A stretch of 64,000 bases of DNA from Psammoneis japonica (Eukaryota), in the NCBI GenBank assembly GCA_008632985.1, contig QPGO01000091.1, positions 1 to 64,000 on the forward strand, written 5' to 3'. Shown here one piece after another: positions 12,032-24,162 of this stretch. A program made the position numbers and the translations under genes. How positions within the stretch are numbered: the first letter of the stretch is position 1; the number at the start of each line of letters is the position of its first letter. The notes below the pieces were generated by a model. That model was not told the origin of the DNA, made no database searches, and saw only the letters and a program-made list of their open reading frames with translations.

Positions 12032-13068
12032 GGCCAAGTAAAAAATGATGCACTTCAATCATGTGCGAGTTTGTGCGTTCGCAAAATTGCCTCATTTTCT
12101 GTTGGCGATCATTGACATTTTAATTGCCGCACAATTTCACTGCGGAGCTCGCACGCAGAAGTCTGCGGGCCCAATGTCACACGGATTCCCACCCACGTCT
12201 GGAACGCGTCTGCATCTCTGCCTTTTGTTTCTTTTGTTGTTCTTTTTTTTGAGCCGTTCCTGCTGCATGATGTCAGAACACGGAGTGGAACTTGACTCCC
12301 CATCAGTTGTTGTTTGTTTCACGACGTTGTGACGATGCTGTCATGTTGATGTGTCACAAGAAAGTGCAGCAGTCAGTGAGAGGTTTTAGGGTCGGTGGCG
12401 CTGTCATCCGTTCTCGTGCTTCCTGTCAGTGTGCTGCCATTGTGGAGTTGTGTCTGTCAAATGAGTTGGGGTGTCGTGAACGGGTGCACATCCATTTTGT
12501 GCGGTTCATCAGTCTTTGTCTGGGAGTCATCCGGCGGCAAAATGATGCTGGCAAGGAGTGCGCGAACAGGCGCTGTGACTGCATCACTGGAGGACAACCG
12601 CAGCCGTTGTCCAGTTGGCTTCATGTGAGTTTTACATCCGAGTGTAGTGCAATCAAACTTAGATTGTGTGCCATTGTCACCACGAGGAGAGCCCGCTCTC
12701 TGCCAGTGCCACAGCGTGTGAGAGAGTGGGCGCTGTGACTGTGTGTGCAGCATCACTGGAGCGCAACAATTGCAGCCGTTACACTGTTGGCTTCACATTG
12801 GTTTTAGCCATCCAGAGGGCTGACTCAAATTAGTTTGTGCTGTGTCGTCAACTGGCCAGCACTGCTTTGCTGCACTTGCAGTGCTGCATGTTTCTGATGT
12901 GAACGCTTCCAACTTGGCCATTGTTTTGCATGCTTCATTTGTTCAAAGTGCACCGTTGTGATCTTCAATGCCGTCATAGGATCGTTGTTGCGCAAGCCAC
13001 AATGTAGCACATGTCGGCTCAGTGCTGCAGTGCAATTTACAATGTTCAACACGAACAATTCTTGTGCT

Positions 13069-13113
13069 GTTTTTGTCTCTTCCTTAAATGCACCCTTCTC
13101 GCATCATCAAAAA
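13069..13113 (-). repeat. Right arm of inverted repeat (partner 9959-10003)
   Basis: Direct reverse-complement comparison. Confidence 0.9.
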
Positions 13114-13337
13114 CGATTTTGATTGGCCGGTTCATCTGTTAAAATGTCCATCGGGACGGCACTGTGCCAAGACAATCGAATCAACAAAGTTTGTCCGTAG
13201 CACGCATGTCTAAATGTCTCGAGTTGTGCTTTGACAACTTGGCGAATTTGCCAAATTATGGAGGGTGTCGTTCAGTGCTGTGTTGTGGTTGTGTGTCGAA
13301 CTGCACGACATTGTTTCACGCATCGTCCACAATGTTG

Positions 13338-16300
13338 TCAATTGCTCTGTTCTGTCAATTGTCTGCAATGACGGCAAGCTTTGTTCATGTCCCAACTGTC
13401 CTCTTTCCAGTTGTGGTCTTTCGATTGACTGAAGCCAGCAAAAAACGCTTCTGCAGATGCGTCAGGCTTCAGATCTGACACACGCTGAATGGATTCCCAT
13501 TTTTGCATTTCAAAGCAACCTGTCAAAAGCAATTGCCTGTTTTCTGGCAATTTAACTCTGCTGCTTCCCACATGCAGTTTGGCACAAGTGCAATTGGCGA
13601 CTTGTCGATGTGACATTGCGAGTGTCTCATGGTCCAAAGTCTGTCCCTTGGCTTTGTTCGCGGTCACGGCGAATCCCATTTCTAAAGGAAATCAAGGCGC
13701 AACGATGCATCGCGATGGAAGACATCCTGGTCCACCTGGAATCGGAGCGGGTTTCGGTTCCTTGGTTCGCATTGGAGAAACCGGCATCACCACCTCCCTT
13801 TTTACGATGGATTTGTCTCTCAGCAATCGCAATGTTTCACTGTCAAAATCTTCGGGATCCAGTTCGATGTTTGCCATGACGGGTGGCTCGGACAGTGTGA
13901 CGACGGTGCCAGCCGCACCATTCTGCTCAGTGTAAAAGTCGACAAGGTCCACATCAAGTGGATTGCTGATCGTCGAAGAATGGCACTTGAACTTTCTCCC
14001 GTTTGCCATCTTGAGATGTGCGCCAATCTTGCCGGCAATGCACCCGGGACCACCAGCAACAAAGTGCTCATGGAATGCCATGTCCTCCATGGCCTGTGCT
14101 TCACAAGCCTGGGCAGGTTTCTGTTCCCATTTCATTGGTTTGGCAGCCAACCATCGAAAGACAATGGCACCTGTGTGCCGTGCAAATCGAACCGCTGCCT
14201 TGTGGTTCAACGTGTGACGTTCATGATTGGCAACGACAATTGTCGGAGCCGTCAACCATGGACTGTTTGGCTTTGCAAAATCATCTTCCGAGAGCAATGG
14301 AATCGATTTGCAGCAATCAGGATCAATCCGTTCATGATGATGGAATTTAGACAACAGCTCCGTGTGATGTGGATCCTCACAGTGCAGTTGTTGTTCGAAT
14401 TCGATCCATTTGACCGATGCGAATGTCTCACACCCAACGCGATGCGGAGAACCTTCTTGCAATCGCGCCTTCTGCTCTTTGGTCCACTTCTTCACTCTTT
14501 TGTTGCTGCGAACCTTGCCCGCTCTCTTCCATTTGTTCCCGTTGCCCGTGAAGAGGAGTGTTCACCCGGATGTTTCCAACATTTCTGCATCTCAAACCCA
14601 ATTCCGTCTTTCCCTTTCCATTTCTTGATGGTGTTTGTAAGCCGCCACTTCCATTGAGGCACTGGTTGACAAAGGTCCAGCCACAATCGGTCCATTTTGG
14701 TCCAGATCCCCAGCAAATGAGACAGGAATGCCTCCAAAAGGCATGTCGATGTTTCCAGTGAATTGCTGCAAAGTCCAGCTCAATTGCGCAAGATGCCACA
14801 GAGCCTGATTTCCGACTTCGTCTACAAAGAGCAATGTTGGATCCTTCAACAATGACTTTAATTTGTTCAGTTGATTTGCGGTGAGATCAACAAACTCTTT
14901 CATTCTCATTGCCGTGTTTTGGCCCAGAAAGATCAAACAAGCTGTTGTCGGTCCGCCGATGTCAGTCGCATTCATCCCATTGAAAGCCGTCCAAGGAATG
15001 TTCCTGGATTCAAGAATGGACAGATCAACAGCATTTTTGAGACAAAGGCTTTTGCCTGTGCCTGCCGCGCCGTGCACCAACACCATTGCCGGCACACTGT
15101 TGTTGGGATCTTCAGGCACTTTTGCCCATGCCGAATGAAGGTTGAACACTTCCCAGTGTGCAGGCGCAAACAATTCCTCTCGGCTTTTCATTGTCTTCTT
15201 TGTCGCTTTGTGCTCTGTGTTCCGCTTTCCAGGCATTGTGCCAAGGCCACCTTCATTCGATGGGTGTTTGACGGAAGTGTTTGTGTTGTTGTCTGGCTTG
15301 CAATCTCTTGTGTCTTTGCTCATTTTCTGACACCATTTGATCGAGTTGTCTGCGGTGTCATTGTGAAACACCAGTGGCTTGTTCCGGCTGTTGTGGTGCA
15401 TGGGAACAAGTCGGGCGTTGTGGTTGCCACGCCAAGGGTTCGTGGTGTGACACACAGACACCATGTTGCGTCTGTCTTCCAATGCTTGCAGGATGCTCTG
15501 GTGACTCTTCTCTGACAGCTTGCGATTGACGGTTTCGAACACCATCTCATCAGTTTCGTTTCGCTCTCGGTTTTTTAAAAATTGTTCGATTGCAAAATCC
15601 GTGGACCATCGTTGCTTTTGTTCTTCGGTCCAAAGCATCTGATTGCGTCCACGACACTGAGCCAGCATCCACTCATTTAAAAAGCTCATGTGAAGCCCTT
15701 GCATTCTAGTGTGCATGGCAAAGAGTCTCGTTTTAGACACAACAGACTGGTCGGTTCGCAGTTCTTCTGTCCATTTCGCTGATGCAGCCCAATCATGTTC
15801 ACAATGGTTCACGTGAGACGACTCATGGCATTCCGTTTCTGGATGGCACTCGCACAAATGGAATCGTGCAAACTTGTCAGCTTTTGCTTTCCACTGGCGG
15901 CATTGCATGCTGGTGCGAAGTTCATCACACGGTTCCTTGCCCGGATGGGGGGGGATGTTTTTCTGTCAAGATGACCGTCTTCTGCTTCTTGTCCAGCACT
16001 TGAGCACACTGACTTGCGACAGGAAAACTCGGCGCAAAGGCGAAATTTTCGTCCGTGGTCCTCCCTTCTCCTTGACGGACACAAACACTTTGCACTCATT
16101 GCGGTTCAACATGCGCAGCTCTGTGCCATGATTCCCGTAAAACGCCGCTTTTGGAATCAGATGTTTTGTTTCCAAAGTGTCGCCATTGGGTGGCTTCTCT
16201 TTCAACGTGAACAAACGGACGGTGCCCAGGTTTGCCTGCATCAAATCGTCTTCATTGCACTGATCCGCGTCATCTTCCTTTTTGTCTTCCGCATCTTCTG

Positions 16301-19300
16301 CCGATTCCTTCTTGTCTCCTTCTGTCTCGTCTTCTTCATCACTGTCTTCACACCCGTTGCACAAATTGTCAATGAACATGCTGTCTTCCAAGTCGCGTCT
16401 CTCTCTTTGTTCCAACAGCCGTTCAAACAGTCGTTCCATGCGCTGTTTGCCATCTTCCTCCATTTGGATTAGAGTGCTGTGAGCCCGGTCGCAAGCCGGA
16501 TTGCTGCAAACAAATTTCTCCAAAGCAATGATGCTCGGCAGACCCAGCAAGTCGGCACACATCTGGCAATCGGACAACTCCATTTGCAAGTTCATCTTGT
16601 TCATCACATGTTGGAGGACTTGTTTCACACTGCATCCGGAGGTTCCTGCATCGTCTGCCTTGCTGGCGCACTGCTTGGCGTGACTGATGGCTTCTCGAAA
16701 CAACACCATGCAATGTTGCAAGGGATGCTTGCGTTTGCCCATGCACAGGCATGTGCAGAAGATGGCTCCTTTTGCTTGTCCAGTGCTTCCCAACAACTGA
16801 CAGTTGTCATGAGAGCCGGCGCAGCAGGAGATGACGACATTGAACATGGAAACATTGCCATTGCCCTCCTTTACAAAGTCAAGGAGTTCCAAACAAAATT
16901 CAGTCAGCTTCTCCTCCATCAGTTTGTCGAGAGCCATCCACAAAGATTCACGATTGCGACACGTGTCCGAGACGCCATCTCGCAACGATGCCAGCATTTC
17001 ATCTTTGGACATTTCTCCACCGTTCAACCGATGCTCAATGTCATCCAATTGCACACGCGGTCTTTTTGTCTCCCACGCTGTCACAGAATCTTCCATCTTT
17101 CTTTCCAAAATGTCAATGGTCTCGTGCCGTTCCGGTTCGTTGTTCCATTCCATCTCTTCTGCATCACACAGATTGCAGTCTTCCTTTTCTTCTTTTTGCA
17201 CCACACCTGCTGTTTGACTTTCCTCAGCCCGACTGCCATCGTCTTCTTCTCTTTCAAGCACCTCTTTCTTTGGCACCAAACGCACTGCTCCAGTCTCTTC
17301 TACAAGGCCGGCTGGTTGGGACAAGCGACAACCACTGCTGCCCATTGCACCTTGGTGGCAAGTCAGCATGTGATCGTGCATTTGTTGTTGGCCTCCTTGC
17401 CCAGAAGTTTTTTCTTGCACTCATTCATGCTGCACGTGTCCTTCTGGTTCCATCACTTCTAACGGATTCAATCTTTCTGGCAATGGATTTCGATTCACCC
17501 GTCCAAGACATTCTTTGGAAAACCTGCAATCGTCTCTCTTCTTTTCGACAATCTGCTGCATGCCACAATCGAAAAGCACTGGCCTTTGCAAAGAGGATTG
17601 ATGCATTTGATCCAGTGTCTCTGACAACGCTTTGCAAACTTCCTTCAAATGTGCAAAACGCTGCATTGCATGTGGATCAATCCCACCGTGAAACAACAGG
17701 TGGCAATGCAGAGTTCATTTTTTGTGATCTTCCACAACAGCGATGTGCCCAAGACAATGGCCAAAAATGCCCTTGTTTGTGATTTAAAAATGTCAAGTCT
17801 TTCGACGTGACTCACTCATGTGTCGAGAAAAGAAGTTGTCCAGCGGCATTCCCAAAAGCAATGCACAGACATCGTTGATCAACGACTGACTCTCCGCCAC
17901 AAACACGACGGGGTCTTCAATTCCTTTAGAGGCACGATCCTGTCTGGACAAACCAGGCAAATTGATGACTCCTGCGCCAACTTCCGCAGACGCACATCTC
18001 ATGTTCTCCATGAACTCTTCTCCACTGCGACCGCACCCCGAACTCTCATCAAAGACCACCGGAAACGTCTTGTTGTTGACAGTTCGGAAAGTCATCTGAA
18101 TGGCATGAGGATTCCCACAGTCGTCAAATGACAATGTCATGAAACAAGACAGAAGGCCCATTCTTTTTGACATTTCAAGAGTCATCGATGTCAACTTGCT
18201 GGATTCATTGCAACCATGTGACGTGTCCTTTCCCATGGGTCGAAGATGTCCCAGATGTTTCTGCTGAAAGTCTTTTGCTGCTTTTCCACCTGGATTTGCC
18301 ACCACTTCATCAAGCTTCTTCAATTCGGTTTCGTCTCTGAGCAGGCTTCTGATCATTGCAGCAGACTGTTTGCTGTTTCGGACGTGAGAATTCACTTGAA
18401 AAATTGCTTCGAACCGTTTCTTGCTGTCGAAACAGCAAGCCAACAACCTCCTGTCCAACGAAGGCACTCAAGTGAACTGTCGCAAAAGATGGTTTCGTTC
18501 AATGCAGTTCAGTTTTCCCAGTGCTTTGTCGCACATGCGTCCAAACATAAACACGTTGGGGAACGTGGTCGCCACCACAAAATCACTTGCAGCAAATTCA
18601 TTGATCGGATCACTCTCCCGGCAGGAAGCGATGGCATTGACATGTCATTGCAATCATTGCACGGTTTTATGTCATCCAAAGGAGAGTGGTCTTCCACGGC
18701 ATCATTGTCTTTGTCACTTTCCGACATGACATCCTCCTTTTCACTGTCATGAACGTTTGCAGGGTCAGGCTTGCAATCTGAATCTGCCAAACACTTTCCG
18801 TCCGCATCCTCGCCCTCTTTCCTGCTTGACGATTCCAACTCTGATGCGGAACTTCTGGAATCGTTGTTGCCGCTGCTGCCGACAGACCAATCAGAATCGT
18901 CAGAATGTTCCCCATCGCTTTTAGCACTCACGTTCTCTTCTGCTTTTTGTCCCTTGTGCCGACATGCTGACTGTTTAAAAGATCGAAGACAAGCCGTTCT
19001 CATTGTGATTTTGTCTTGATGAGTTGATCCCGCACTGTCCGCAATGCAGAAAAATCTCATGCTGTCACTGGGTTTTTGTGTCTCCACTTCGTCCCGTTCT
19101 TCTTCATCGGCGTTGTCAGTGTTCAAAATTTCTTCTGATTGTGCTTTTGCAACATCAGAGCTGATGGCATCTTCATCTTGTAAAATGGCTTTGTCCTTCA
19201 CGCGACAAGCTGAATCTTTTATGTGCTGCACAGCGATGCCTGCATTGTGCTGCACTTTGGCACAAGACACGCCAATGGAGCAATTGCCTTTTCCCCACAA

Positions 19301-22006
19301 AATGGCATTTAACGCCGTTGCCCATCCACACAGATTCCAAGCACGTCCAAAAATGTCATTGCGTCCGAAAGCTTCCTTTGCCAGTGTGTCAAATCTGCCT
19401 TCAGGGTCCAAGAAATAGAGCCGTGACACCGACTTCATAAAATTAGGATGAAACATGTCTTTCACACTCAAAATCTCTCGGATCGTTTCTGGAGCATCAT
19501 GGGCAAACAAAATGCAATTGCATTTCAAACAGCTGTGATTGAAATTTACATGGCCACGGCGATTCGAGGAAATCTTGATCGTTGATGCAAACAACCGATT
19601 GCGTGATAAAATGAGCTGTTCATGCAAGTTCAATGGCTCCAAATCCAACCGTCTGAAATCCCCGCGGCTGTCAACAGTTTTGGTTGTTCGGCCTTTTCTT
19701 CTAAACACTCATGGCACGTGGGACACAAGTGAGTGAACTCCTTTCCGGCATCATCTGTGTCTGCCAATTCCAGATGAAGATGGTGCCATTCACCAACAGA
19801 TTCTTGGGACTCGTACATGGAGTGCCCTTTTGTCAAATCAATCGTTTTGAATTTGCCATTTCCATCTGCCAGAATTGCCACATGACCCAACTGTTTCCAC
19901 CATTCCAACTTCTGCATGTCTTCGTCCGCACAAAATCGCAAGGGCCCCAAGATTCCATTCTTCAACCACACCCTGGTGCACTTGATTTTGGGTTCCGCAG
20001 GTCTTTCCAACATCCGAATCCCGCATGCTCCACAAGCAATCATGCACCCGTTCGTGTGTGTGAATGACACAGAAAAAAACGTTGCAGCATGCTTGCCAAT
20101 TCTTCCTCACTCATTCCCTCTTTCGAAATGTCACTCACAATTCTCTCGACATCCACCTCTTTTCCGTCACATTTCTTGTCATGTTCTCCATGACGATCAA
20201 ACTGAAGACAGCCTGAATTTACATGATGCAACAACAACAACCTCAGAACATCTTTGTCGAAATGCTCAAAGAAACCATTTGTCTTCAGGATGTTCTTCCA
20301 TTTCTCGCAATTTTTCCATCAAAAATGCTTCAGACACGTGGTCCGAATCCAAGCCTCGAATCTCCTTTTCGGCTTCATTCAATTCATCCTGTCGTCATTG
20401 CAATGCCTGTGCGGCTTCACGCTGCAATCTCTCCTGATGTTCCTCCTCCGACTCCTTGCTTCGCAGATCTGTTTTGTGCGCCGCCTCCCGTTGCAACCTC
20501 TCCTCACGTTGGTCCTCTGACTCCGTGTTCCGCCGGTTCACTTTCTGCGCCGCCTCTCGTTGCAGCCTTTCCCGATGTTCGACCTCCGACTCTTTTCTCT
20601 GCCGATCCGCTTTGTGTGCCGCCTCCCATCGCAGCCTCTCCTCACGTTTGTCCTCCGACTCTGTGTTCCGCCGGTCCGCTTTCTGTGCCACTTCTCGTTG
20701 CAGCCTCACCCGACGTTGGACCTCCGACTCTTTGTGGAGCTGACCCGCTTTGTGTGCCACCTCCCGTCGCAGCCTCTCCTCACGTTGGTCCTCCGATTCT
20801 GTGTTTCGCCGGTCCGCTTTCTGCGCCGCCTTGCATTGCAGCCTTTTCCAACACTGGACCTCCGACTCTTTGTGGAGTCGATCCGTTTTCTGTGCCGCCT
20901 CCCGTCGCAGCCTCTCCTCACGTTGGTCCTCTGACTCTGTGTTCCTCCGGTCCGCTTTCTGCACCGCCTCTCGTTGCAACCTTTCCCAACGTTGGACCTC
21001 CGACTCTTTGTGGAGCCGATCCGTTTTCTGTGCTGCCTCACGTCGCAGCCTCTCCTCACGTTGGTCCTCCGACTCTGCGTTCCGCCAGTCCGCTTTCTGC
21101 ACCGCCTCTTGTTGCAACCTTTCCCGACGTTGGACCTCCGACTCTTTGTGGAGCCGATCCGTTTTCTGTGCCGCCTCCCATCGCAGCCTCTCCTCACGTT
21201 GGTCCTCCGACTCTGCATTCCGCCGGTCCGCTTTCTGCACCGCCTCTCATTGCAACCTTTCCCGACGTTGGACCTCCGACTCTTTGTGGAGCCAATCCGT
21301 TTTCTGTGCCGCCTCCCATCGCAGCCTCTCCTCACGTTGGTCCTCCAACTCTGCGTTCCGCCGGTCCGCTTTCTGCACTGCCTCTCGTTGCAACCTTTCC
21401 CGACGTTGGACCTCCGACTCTTTGTGGAGCTGATCCACTTTCTGTGCCGCCTTCCGTTGCAGCCTCTCGTGACGTTGGTCCTCCGACTCTGTGTTCCACC
21501 GATCCGTTTTCTGCGCCGCCTCTCATTGCAACCTTTCCCGACGTTGGACCTCCAACTCTTTGTGGAGCCAATCCACTTTCTGTGCCGCCTCCCGTTGCAG
21601 CCTCTCGCGACGTTGGTCCTCCGACTCTGCGTTCCGCCGATCCGTTTTCTGCGCCACCTCTCGTTGCAACCTTTCCCGCCGTTGGACCTCCGACTCTTTG
21701 TGGAGTCGATCCACTTTCTGTGCCGCCTCCCGTTGCAGCCTCTCGCGACGTTGGTCCTCCGACTCTGCGTTCCGCCGATCCGTTTTCTGCGCCGCCTCTC
21801 ATTGCAACCTTTCCCGCATTGGACCTCCGACTCTTTGCTCTGCAGATCTGATTTCCGTGCCGCCTCCAGTTGCAGCCTCTCTCGACATTGGTCTTCCGAT
21901 TCCTTTTTGCGGCATTCTCTGCGTTCGTCAGCTCCTTTCTTTTTTTCCACTGTTTTCTTGCTGCCAGTCTCTTAGACTCCTTCGCCTTCTCTCTGCCCAG
22001 ACCCAT
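13338..22006 (-). mobile_element. Helitron RepHel gene, decayed (STPR repeats, DUF6570-like region, HUH Rep, PIF1 helicase)
   Basis: Rep: GLLSCFMTLSFDD, GIFGHCLGHIAVVEDHKK*TLHCHLL (17682-17771), HDHMLTC..CRL, AIFCTCLCMGK. PIF1: HGAAGTGKS (~15050-15075), LLFVDEVG, PFGGIPVSFAGDLDQ, MGFAVTANKAKGQTLD, KLHVGSSRV. Several stops and frameshifts. Confidence 0.9.
20400..21950 (-). repeat. ~21-22 tandem 69-bp units encoding 23-aa STPR-like repeats, with 138-bp higher-order alternation
   Basis: QREERLRREAAQKTDRLHKESEV alternating with QRRERLQREAVQKADRRNAESED. Confidence 0.88.
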
Positions 22007-22153
22007 GTTTCACAATTCAAACTGCCTGAAGCAATTCTTGCAACGTTCATGCACAATGGAGCCATTGTGCGCTGGCCTTCAAGTCATTTTATCTCGCACG
22101 GTCACGCCCACCACAAACAATCAGGCACACAAGTCACAACATCGTCAAACACG

Positions 22154-22232
22154 ACAGACACCAGATGGCCATTGCTTTTTATGACTCAGACACAACAGAC
22201 ACCAGATGGCCGTTACATTCTATGACTCAGAC
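22154..22232 (+). repeat. 2 x 41-bp tandem repeat upstream of RepHel
   Basis: acagacaccagatggcc...atgactcagac repeated at 22154 and 22195. Confidence 0.85.
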
Positions 22233-22702
22233 CGTTTTTGATGCACAGGGCCGGCTGGCGTTGCTCACTGTACGAGCAGCGACAGGGAAAAGCATGCACA
22301 GCACGGCAGATGCCACATCTGGGGCTGCATCGAGGTGCACGGACACTCTTTTTTTCCCAATTTACCACCAAAATGGCGCATCACACAAAAGCACTTGTTG
22401 TTCAACATGTTTTTTACAATGTGCGACTGTCTCGTAGAATTCACAACTGATTGTGTCTGTTCAAACTTGAGTGAAGTTTTTAACATGCCACGCCAGCAAT
22501 TCCAATTTTAAAGCACTTTCGAGCTCTCCCGAAAAAAACCGTTCCACACACCCGTCGTAAGGAATTTGTCAATTTTTTAGGATGTCCCCACGACCTCTCA
22601 TGTCCTCAATGATCATTCTACGAATCCGAAGAATTCATCTGTGCCAAACAACCCACCCCGTTCTAAAATCTGAGGGACACACTTTCAAATTCAGACGGAC
22701 AA

Positions 22703-22751
22703 CCCGACTGCCCGACTGCCCGACCCCCGACTGCCCGACTGCCAGACCGAC
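22703..22751 (+). repeat. (CCCGACTG)n short tandem repeat
   Basis: cccgactgcccgactgcccgacccccgactgcccgactgcc. Confidence 0.85.
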
Positions 22752-23016
22752 ACGAAAAAGTCTGCAATCACCAACCACTGAGTGGTCAATGAAATTTGAG
22801 TGGTTGGCAGTTGGCAGGCGCGCATGATGACGTTGCCACGAACACAATGGAGTCGTCGCTCGTCGCTCGTTGCCTCTTGCCATTGCATGCTGCGGGGATG
22901 TTGTGTGTTTCGCAATGACTGCACTTGCCGGCTGCCGGCGTCAATGCATGACCATGCTGTCTTGATGACTGCAACAAGTCTTGAGCGACGAAACCTGTGA
23001 GAAATCTCAAAAAGCA

Positions 23017-24162
23017 ATGGCAAAGATCGCCGAACGGGAGAGTGCCCGCTGCCACCAAGATGAAGAGATTGCCTCCCTCCTTCCCGTTGATTCTGATGAA
23101 CTTCTGGATGATGGTGATGACAGTTTTGCTTTGGGAGTGACAACAGCCCGGCAAAAGGGAAGCATTGGAAGGAAAAAGCAGCTTTCATCCATCCTTCTGC
23201 TGCTCTCGATTGCATTCATTGTACATTTGGGTGGGCCGGCTGCGGAAGCATTGAACCGTCTCGTTGTTGTGACATTCCGGACCGTCATTGCACCTTTGGC
23301 ACGTCCCAGGTGTCTCCCCCAGGGTGCATTGCCACCAAATGAATCCAACTTGAGTTTTGCATTGACAACCACATTCATCCCTCGTGATGGACCCAAGGAT
23401 TGGACGACGGACATGAGAGAAATGCTTGCTGTTTCGGAAACAAACAAGTTGAAATGTTGTTTCAAAAACAGCTGCAGCTGCTGCAATGGCACGAAATGGG
23501 CAGAACAAAATCACCAGCATGGAGGTTTGTTGACCAAAGTCCGCGGCACACAGAGAGGTGTTTGGTTCAAGCCTTTGCACATTAGAGAGCTGCTTCACAA
23601 CTCGTCACTGTTGGAGTCGGCCACGGCTGGACCAAAAGATGTAGATTGGATCTTGTGCATGGATGTCGATTCAATGATTGTCAATCATGGTTTTGATCTG
23701 ACAAGCCTTCCAAGGGGCACAAGTCCACAAGATGCCGTCATCATCAGCCAAGACGCCATGGGGGCAAATGCTGGTGTTTTCATGATTCGCAACAATGTTC
23801 TGGGGAGAACTGTTGTGGATGCCTGGGTGGATGATTTTGAAGCAATGAGCAGAATGAATGACCAAGATCATCTGAAGGAACTTTTTGGGAATGATGGGTG
23901 CCCCAAGAGCAAGCACCTGCCACCACGAGACAAGAAGAACAACAACGCAAGTTGCCCTCGATTTGGGACATTGCGGCAACATGCGCTGCAATCTGGAGGT
24001 CTTGAGAGTCGGGCTGGCAGCAAGATGCCTTGTTTTGAGGGGGCACATGCAAGAGGAGATTTTGCCGTGCACTTTTTCGGGTGGCCAGACAAGCTAAAGC
24101 AGATGAAGACAGTCGAAAGCGGATCGCTGGGTTTCTGGTCGCGATGGGGAGTGGTTCCATGA
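23017..24162 (+). CDS. GT34 (GMA12/MNN10-like) glycosyltransferase, probably eroding
   Basis: N-terminal TM; WFKPLHI, DWILCMDVD (DxD), NAGVFMIRN, NDQ, GDFAVHFFG; the translated ORF has no Tyr, consistent with Tyr->Cys/His. Confidence 0.8.
   Translation: MAKIAERESARCHQDEEIASLLPVDSDELLDDGDDSFALGVTTARQKGSIGRKKQLSSILLLLSIAFIVHLGGPAAEALNRLVVVTFRTVIAPLARPRCLPQGALPPNESNLSFALTTTFIPRDGPKDWTTDMREMLAVSETNKLKCCFKNSCSCCNGTKWAEQNHQHGGLLTKVRGTQRGVWFKPLHIRELLHNSSLLESATAGPKDVDWILCMDVDSMIVNHGFDLTSLPRGTSPQDAVIISQDAMGANAGVFMIRNNVLGRTVVDAWVDDFEAMSRMNDQDHLKELFGNDGCPKSKHLPPRDKKNNNASCPRFGTLRQHALQSGGLESRAGSKMPCFEGAHARGDFAVHFFGWPDKLKQMKTVESGSLGFWSRWGVVP

Noticed and set aside
20223..21975. 542-aa Pro-rich and other plus-strand ORFs
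   Set aside because: Antisense shadows of the STPR repeat; the minus strand continues into RepHel
23017..24162. GT34 as a base-J-type DNA glucosyltransferase partnering the HxD proteins
   Set aside because: N-terminal TM and GT34 motifs point to a Golgi glycan enzyme
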